A stretch of DNA of 64,000 bases from contig JBHGNT010000009.1 of the NCBI GenBank assembly GCA_043228905.1, positions 16,740,001-16,804,000 on the forward strand. The letters run 5' to 3'. Source of the DNA: Azolla caroliniana (Eukaryota > Plantae > Polypodiophyta). Below the pieces are notes generated by a model. That model was not told the DNA's origin. It saw only the letters and a program-made list of their open reading frames with translations, and did not search any database. This document shows positions 56,631 through 64,000 of this stretch, piece after piece. Both the position numbers and the translations under genes were made by a program. The first letter of the stretch is position 1, and every line of letters starts with the position of its first letter.

Positions 56631-59600
56631 ATGTCTAGATCAACGCACGACCTGGTTACAGATCGAACTCGACGCCTTGCCGAAAGGCAAAGGAGACGCG
56701 AGGCTTTCCAGCAAGCGGCGCAGGAAATTAGAGCGGATCGCTCGTTTTCCAACGTAATCCGGAGGCGGAGGACTCCCTCTGGTTACAGCAAACATCGCAC
56801 CTGGACGACGGCAGCAGCCTAAGCAGCCTCCGGGAAACCGAATCCCTTCTCCATGCGTTGGCAAACGGAGAAGGCGAAGCAGAGGCCTTTTCAGCATATG
56901 AATCGGACTCCGAAGGGGAATACAGCGTGCACACGAACTACTGTAGCAGCAACGAAACCCCGGGCGGACCGGAGGACGAAGGATCAGATACCTTACCGAC
57001 ACCGGAACCGGAACCGGAAGTGCTAATGCTGGAACCCCCGGAACCAGCAGAGGAAGAACGACCTCCAACACCGGAAGTCGAAGAGGAGAGGCCTCCGTCA
57101 CCAAAGGAAGAGAAACAACCGACACCGGAATCAAATCGGGAAAGACCACCGACACCGGAGAAAATTCCGGAACGAGCACCAACACTACCAGCCTGCGCAC
57201 CGATACCGGACGACGACATGCCGTTCCAGTACTCCAAGTATAGAGATGATCCGGACGCGGAAGCTCATGTGCACGCCTTTGAACCGACATGGGAAGTCAA
57301 CCATGTCTCCTAGCGATTGACCCCAGAAGAAGAAGAACGCTCTAAGATAGCGGAATTTGGCGTCACATTGGAGGGACCAGCAGCAAGATGGCGCCGGACG
57401 CAGGACCCGTCTACCATCAACACCTTTGCAGATTTAAAAGCTAAATTCATGCATTTTTTTCAAAAGGAGGTGGACCAGACCGTAATGGTAGGCTTATTTT
57501 ATACCATCCGGCAAGAGGCAGGGGAGAGCATTCCCCAATTTGTCATCCGGTTTCAACAGATGCATAGTCAGCTTGCCCGTGCACCCTCGGAGGAGGAATT
57601 ACGGACGATATTCCTAAACGCGCTCTAGGAACCCCTACGCACGGTTTGCACGGTAATCGATTTCCGCACAAGTACCATCGACCAGGTCATTGACCAGGTG
57701 AGAGATGGAAAAGACAAGCTCCTGGCTCACACTGGGAGCACTTCAATGGGCGTTACCGTCCGATGAAGACCTTCGGTTTCGGCAAGCAATACAGTGCACA
57801 ACCTGCTTGAATTCCGGACACTCGGCTCTAGAATGCACTATGAGGACGCAATGTGTAATCTGTCAATCCAAGAGCCATACGACGGATAAGTGCGAGTATA
57901 ATCTGTTGAATCGGCAAGCACCGCCCATCCGACAAATTGAGCCACGCAGCAGCCGGGATGAAGAAGACGAACGTTGGCGGCGAATGGACCCGCAAACGCT
58001 GTCGAAAGCCGCCAAGACATGGCTGAAGCAACACGGGCTCGAGGGCTTCTTGATGATGATGGAAGTACCGCCACACAAAGAAGCCGACAAAGTGATCAAG
58101 GAAATCGATACAGAGGTCATAACGGCAGAGGCGATTCGAGCGTTAACAGGCCTTCCGGAGGGAGGCATACTCACGATCGACAATCCAACCCCGGAGCAAC
58201 TCATCAGGTATTTTGGTGAGTACTCTCTAGCCAGCAAGGGCTACCGGACACAGGGCAGCGGAGATATGCTGTTCCGCGAAATTGCTCGTGTGCTCCATGA
58301 ATACGGCCACGTGTACCCTAGACCCCCTGTCATGCCGCAGAACCGGGCAAGGATGATCATCGCCACCTATGAAGGGATCAAGGTGGATTGGCCAGTATTG
58401 ATCGCAGACGGGTTGTGTGCGGCGATCGAGATCGTCAGAGGCAAAGACGGCAAAGAAGGCCGAGACGGACGAAGGATATGGCACGCCGTAACAAAGTGGC
58501 TCACCTTGCTGGTGCCACCCGTTCAGACCGTCCAGCCCAAGAAGCAAGGAAGAGTGGCGGACGGCACCCCAAGGACGGCTTCCAAACGGCAACAATTGTT
58601 GGCCTCTAAGGCCAGTAAGGGAAAGGCGGCGGATGTAGAACAGGAGGCAGCAGGAAGCGGCAGCCGGAAGTGCCCAACGGAGGCGCAGGAGGAACCACCG
58701 GCACGGCCCGTAAAGGTCACACTCCGCCGACTGGTGAATCGAGAAATGGACCCCTTGGCGGCAAAACTCAATGCCGGAGCTCAGGAGGAGGAAATAGAGG
58801 AGGAGCCTACGGAGCACCTCCAGCGACGGTCGTCGGCAAGGACCGTTGAGACAGCCGGGAAACGTTCGGACCCTCAAACGGAGGGAACACCGGCTCCCCA
58901 TACTAAGACTCCCACGCCAAGGAAGGAACCGGAACCAGTGCAGATGGCACCGGAAACAGAAGCCCCGGCACCACCGGCAACACCGGCAAGTCCCATCCCG
59001 CCAGAGCCGGAAAGGTCACTGCAGCCTCCCTCGGTCAGCCAAGAAGAAGCGCAAGGGGAACCAGGACAGCATGATGGTCCACGGGCAGAAACGGAACTGC
59101 AACTCGGCGCAACCAGGTGGGACTACCCCTCTACAAGTGAGCCCATCTATCAAACCTCCGTGCAAGCACAACAAGGCACCGGTAGCCTGTGGCTCTGGTG
59201 GATAGGCGAACAGATAGCCGGAGCAGTGGGGTATATTGAGGCGGAAGAAAGAGTGCACAGCGAACGGTTGCTCGTCACAACCGAACAATTAGAGACGGCC
59301 CGGTCCAGAATCCGATGCCTTGAAAAAGACTTGGATCAGGTCACGACAGAGATGGCCAAAATACGGATCCAATCACTGGTGACTCCGGTAAGTGTACAGA
59401 ATAAAGAAACGGAACGACTTGTACATAGCAATAAGACCCCTGCAACGGAAACCGTTCCAGCGAGAGATACGGCGCAAGCTCAGGAGCTTGCGGAATTGAG
59501 AGAGGAACTTGCCGCACAAGAAGCGCTAAGGAGCCGTGAACGAGAATTGAAGACGGCGGCCGAAGCCGAATTAAAGAAGACTGCTGAGAACCTCCGCCGG

Positions 59601-60755
59601 GCAGAGGAGAGCCTCCGGAAAGGCCATCAAGCGTACGACCGGCTAAAGGAGGAGAAAGACAAAGTGCAACAGGAAAAGGACAAGCTGTAGAAAACGGCGG
59701 AAACAGAGATGGAACGGCTAAAGGAAGAGCTCCGCCAGCAAATGGACCGCGAGGACCGGGCCCGTCGTCAGATCAACGCATGGCTCAAGCAAAAGACGGA
59801 TGATTTTGAGCACCTACACCGGGACTACAAACGGCTGGAAACGGAGCATAAAGAACGGATGGCCGAGCTCCAGCAGGCAGTTGATTGGGCCGCGACGGCG
59901 ATCGCCGACGAACGAGCGGAAAATACAAGACGCTTGGATGAGGCGGAGAAGGTCCGGATGGAACTCCAGAGGCAGCAGCAGGAAGACAAAGAGAGAGCGT
60001 CAACAGTATTGCAGAAATTACAAAGCACATATCAAAGGCAATTGACGCATTACAAGGTGCAGGCGGAGGACAACGTCAAAATCATCAAACAACTGAAGGA
60101 GGAATGGCAAGCGGCGGAAACCAAATCGCAATTGGGAACGAGCCGGATTCAGTCCATCCTCCGGGCATGGCTGAATCAGACAAAACACTTGATTGATGAA
60201 AGCTCCGTAAAATGGTGGACAAAGTGGGCACAAAACGCGGCGGAACTCCAGTTGCTACGGGCGGATGTGGCAAACCGGCAGAAGGAAGGAGATGACTATT
60301 ATACGTTGACTTCCGAGGACTTCACCGCCATACGGGACGAGCTGGCTAACGACTTCCAAGTCCTGGCAGATGAACAGCTGGCGCAGGTCAGGCAGCTTGT
60401 AGCTCAGCTGGACGATGATAGGCTGGACGCTCAAATCCAGTTTGAAAACTACGAGCGGTCCCGGGTGCGGGAAGAAAAAGCACGGGAAGCGGCAACGGTT
60501 AACCTTAGTGATGAGGAACTGTCGCTGGCTGAGGGCCAGCCAGGAACCAGTCAACCGGAGACCACTATGACGCAGGGAGCAATGACGGAGACGCCGATGT
60601 CAGAGCCACAATCGGAGGAGCAGCCGCAGCAACCACCAACGGACCCGCTGCAGCAGACTACAACAGAACAGCAACAACAACAACAACAACCACTTCCAGA
60701 TGAACCATTGGAGCCTCTCGAACAAAGCATTCTGGACATTTTGGACGAAGAATAG
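56631..60755 (+). pseudogene. Gag::accessory coiled-coil fusion of J (3 TAG stops, ~2 frameshifts)
   Basis: Fragments 56631-56822, 56858-57313 and 57317-57628 (Gag, aligning to H), 57705-59690 (two zinc knuckles running into MDPQTLSKAAKTWLKQHGLEG), and 59709-60755 (coiled coil, same frame). Confidence 0.88.
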
Positions 60756-60809
60756 CAAGGGTCGGTTGTGGATTCGACGTACAAGGTACTGTCCCATGGG
60801 CGTGCCATG

Positions 60810-61243
60810 TGTTACCGGCCGGCAAAGGAGTCCAGAGTGGGAAACGGAGAGCTAATTAAGTAGTAGGAATGTGGTTGTAATTAAGCTATGAGTGTGGACG
60901 GACGGACCGGAATCGGTATGCCGTTCCGGATCCGGACCGATCCCGAACAAGTGCGGATGGCACCGTTTTGTAATACAGACCGGAAACCTATTTAAAGGCC
61001 CGGATACAATGTAATAGTTAGCGGTTAACTAATGAAAGCTTAAGCGTTGTTATCTCTTTGTGTTAATTGACGTTCTGTCTTAATTGTTATATATTACGCG
61101 TGTTATGAAAGACGATCCTAATAAGTAACTTAATTAAGTCGGATTAAGCGTTGAAGTCTAATCCGGTTGCCGTAACACCCTTTGGTGAAGTGTCTCCCGT
61201 AGACACCTTGTGTTAGGCCATTGTTCGGCCCGAAGAGTTAACA
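60810..61243 (+). repeat. 3' LTR of element J
   Basis: Direct repeat of 56144-56577. Confidence 0.96.
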
Positions 61244-61248
61244 AGGAT

Positions 61249-63306
61249 CAGGTGATATCCGTCTTCAAAGAGCTCCACGCGAGAGTGGAAAGAGAAACCG
61301 GCCGGAAGTTGAAGGCGGTTCGAGCAGATAACGGAGGAGAATACCGGGGGCAGTTCGAGGAGTTCTACCGCTCGAGGGGAATCCGGCTCGAATTTACCGT
61401 GCCGAAGACGCCAGAACTAAACGGACTGGCCGAGAGGATGAACCGGACCATAATGGAGAGGGTCCGGAGTATGCTAGCGCATGCAAAACTACCCAGGAAG
61501 TTTTGGGTTGAGGCACTGTCGACGGCGACATATGTGATAAATAGATCACCCTCAGTACCCTTGGACGGAGACACGCCACAGAGAGTCTGGACCGGTAAGG
61601 AAGTGTCCTACCGGCATCTGAAGGTGTTCGGGTGTCTCGCGTACGTGCATGTAGCTAAGGACCGGAGAGGAAAGTTAGATCCAAAGACCTGGCCATGCAT
61701 ATTCCTCGGTTACGGTGACGATGAGTTCAACTACCGAGTGTGGGACCTGGTTGACAAGAAAGTATTCCGGAGTCGAGATATTATCTTCATGGAGGACAAG
61801 ACGCTCGCCGACTGGGAGTCGAAGAAGAAGATAATGAACTCCGAGTTGACCGGTAAGGATCGACTCTACGATGAGCAAACCCAACCGGCAAGAGACCGGT
61901 TAGCATTCGAGGGACCAGCCGGTTACGGTGAGGACACCGAACAGGCTGAAGAAGAAGTAGAGGAAGCTGAAACCGGAACCAGCCAAGACCCCGAATCGGA
62001 TTCGGATGAAGAGCAAATGGAGGAGCCCGTTACCGAAGCCCGAAGACGGAGATACCCTCTCAGAGAGAGAAGGGCCCCCCGGAGATTTTCGGATGCAGAG
62101 CATGTTCTGCTGACCGATGAGGGGGAGCCAGAAAGCTTTGAAGAAGCAAAGGATGACACCCACAACCGCAAATGGTTAAGTGCCATGCAGGACGAGATGG
62201 ATTCCTTGCATGAGAACCATACATACGAATTGGTGGAGTTGCCGAAAGGAAAGCGGGCACTCCGAAACAAGTGGGTGTACAAGTTGACACCGGGAGATGT
62301 CGGCAACCCCCCAAGATACAAAGCTAGGATCGTGGTGAAGGGGTTCCAGCAGAAGAAGGGTGTGGATTTCGATGAGATATTTGCCCCGGTAGTAAAGATG
62401 ACCTCCATCCGGACGGTGCTGAGTATAGCGGCAAGCATGGACCTCGAGGTAGAGCAGCTAGATGTGAAGACGGCATTCCTTCATGGTGACCTCGAAGAGG
62501 AGATCTACATGCAGCAACCGGAAGGATTCGTGGAGAAAGGGAAGGAGCACCTGGTTTGCCAGTTGAAGAAGAGCCTCTACGGGTTGAAGCAGGCCCCCCG
62601 GCAATGGTACCGGAAGTTCGACTCCTTCATGACCGATCAAGGGTACCACAAGACGCAGGCTGATCACTGTGTGTTTGTGAAGAAGTTCGAAGGAGACGAC
62701 TTCCTGATACTCCTTCTATATGTGGATGACATGTTGATCGTCAGACGGGACCAAGTCAAAATACGGATGCTGAAGAAGGCTCTCAACCGGACCTTCTCAA
62801 TGAAAGACTTGGGTCCGGCAAGACAGATGTTGGGGATGCATATTATCCGGAGCCGGGCAGCGAAGCAATTATGGCTGTCACAGGAGAAGTACGTGACAAA
62901 GGTGCTTCACCGGTTCAACATGTCAGATGCGAAACCAGTCGGATCGACACTCCCGGCAAATTGTAGGCTATCTGGTAAGCAAAGCCCGAAGACGAAAGCA
63001 GAGAAGGCGGATATGATGAGGATTCCATATGCCTCTGCCGTCGAGAGCTTAATGTACGCAATGGTGTGTACCGGCCGGATATAGGATACGCAGTCGGAGT
63101 GGTAAGCCGGTTTATGAGCAATCCCAGCAAGGAGCACTGGAACGCGGTCAAATGGATACTCCGGTACTTGAAGGGCACTCCGAATATGTGTCTCCGATTC
63201 GGTTCCGGAAAACCTCAACTTGACGGTTTTACCGATTCGGACATGTCAGCTGATGTGGATACCAGCCGGTCTACATCCGGGTATCTAATGACATATGCAG
63301 GGGGAG
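61249..63306 (+). pseudogene. pol: Element I integrase core, RT and start of RNase H
   Basis: ORF 61210-63084 (RADNGGEY, NGLAERMNRT, QLDVKTAFLHG, LYVDDML); frameshift at ~63072; then FTDSDMSADVDTSRSTSGY. Confidence 0.93.
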
Positions 63307-63683
63307 TGTTGGGATTTCGGTCCCTCCGGATGGGATGTCCGGAGATGAATGACGGCAAGCCCGGTTGCGGTTACGGAACCGGAGGATGAAGAGTACCCGG
63401 CATGAAGCCGGATGAAGAGTACCCCGGCTACGGAGCCGGATGACGAAGACCCGGTTTCGGATCCGGATGATGAAGACCGCGGCTACGGAGCCGGATGACG
63501 AATGTACCCGGAGAGAGATCCGGATGCGGGGACATATTTGTGAATATGTTTACCAAGGGCCCTCGAGGCTATATTTGTAGATAGCCCGAAAGTCATATGT
63601 GTATAAATATGACTTAGGGCAAACAGTTGATGTTGTTGCTCATTTTTCTGGTTTTCCACTTAGAGAGAGAGCTAAGTGAGCAG

Positions 63684-63714
<31 letters not shown>

Positions 63715-63977
63715 GAAGAGGTCGTTGCCTCTGTGTATTACCGCCGCCTGTGGCGAAGACAGTGAGCTGAAGGTTGTTGCCTCGTAGCTTCACCATTGTA
63801 CATCTCTGCTTGTAGTGATAGTTGGAGTTTGAGGACTCCCGTGGTTTTTCCCATTTAGGGTTTTCCACGTAAAACATCCTGTGTACTCTTCTCTCTATTG
63901 TCTTCGTGCATTTTGTATTTCCTGTTTTCTGAGAGTTGATCTATTCCTCGGTTTTGGCCGAGCACTGTTTTCCGACA
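63307..63977 (+). mobile_element. Element K: solo LTR related to the element I LTR, inserted in I's RNase H
   Basis: TGTTGG...CCGACA; 5-bp TSD GGGAG at 63302-63306 and 63978-63982. Shares its start, GGGACATATT, GTATAAATATGACTTAGGG and GTGGTTTTTCCC with 37822-38668. Confidence 0.93.
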
Positions 63978-64000
63978 GGGAGCTGTTTCGTGGCAGTCGA

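Larger units (their letters stand above)
56144..61243 (+). mobile_element. Element J: non-autonomous relative of H with no pol; gag fused to the accessory ORF
   Basis: 434-bp LTRs at 56144-56577 and 60810-61243 (~7 substitutions by eye); 5-bp TSD AGGAT at 56139-56143 and 61244-61248; PBS TGGTGACCAC. Confidence 0.95.
37822..64000 (+). mobile_element. Element I: Tnt1/Tork-like Ty1/copia, interrupted by G (carrying H), J and solo LTR K; extends past the window end
   Basis: 5' LTR 37822-38668; PBS TGGTATCGGAGC at 38671. Coding pieces 38698-39314, 55163-56143, 61249-63306 and 63983-64000 rejoin in frame once the TSDs are removed (ESER|GRHRN, KTKD|QVISV, YAGG|AVSWQS). Confidence 0.94.

Noticed and set aside
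63307-63977. 3' LTR of element I
   Set aside because: Too divergent from I's 5' LTR, flanked by a GGGAG duplication, and RNase H continues after it.

Overview
Eukaryotic, almost certainly land-plant DNA. A seed-free plant (fern, lycophyte or bryophyte) is inferred from the element families. The window is nearly all retrotransposon and contains no recognisable host gene. Elements from left to right: (A) minus-strand Ty1/copia, 1-4969, inserted in the gag of (B) a Tnt1/Tork-like copia ending at ~8973; a 3x85-bp tandem repeat; (C) a complete, decayed copia, 10610-16349, TSD CTTAC; LINE remnants; a gypsy integrase remnant; a C-family solo LTR; (D) a chromovirus-like RT/RNaseH remnant split by (E) a full-length tRNA-Trp-primed gypsy, 20710-27788; a decayed gag; and a CR1/RTE-X-like LINE. 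That LINE is the base of a five-deep nest: LINE <- (F) minus-strand gypsy <- (I) copia <- (G) gypsy 39315-55158 <- (H) gypsy 44033-52731. Copia I is also interrupted by (J) 56144-61243 and (K) a solo LTR 63307-63977. Two systems stand out. First, H and J are non-autonomous gypsy elements that have lost RT but keep a ~980-aa accessory protein (globular head plus long coiled coil). H has a putative internal promoter for it, J has it fused to Gag, and both have a conserved hairpin where the polypurine tract should be. Second, the E/F/G family shares a covarying -1 frameshift pseudoknot and 4-bp CpG-centred target sites. All alignments and counts were done by eye; no database search was run.
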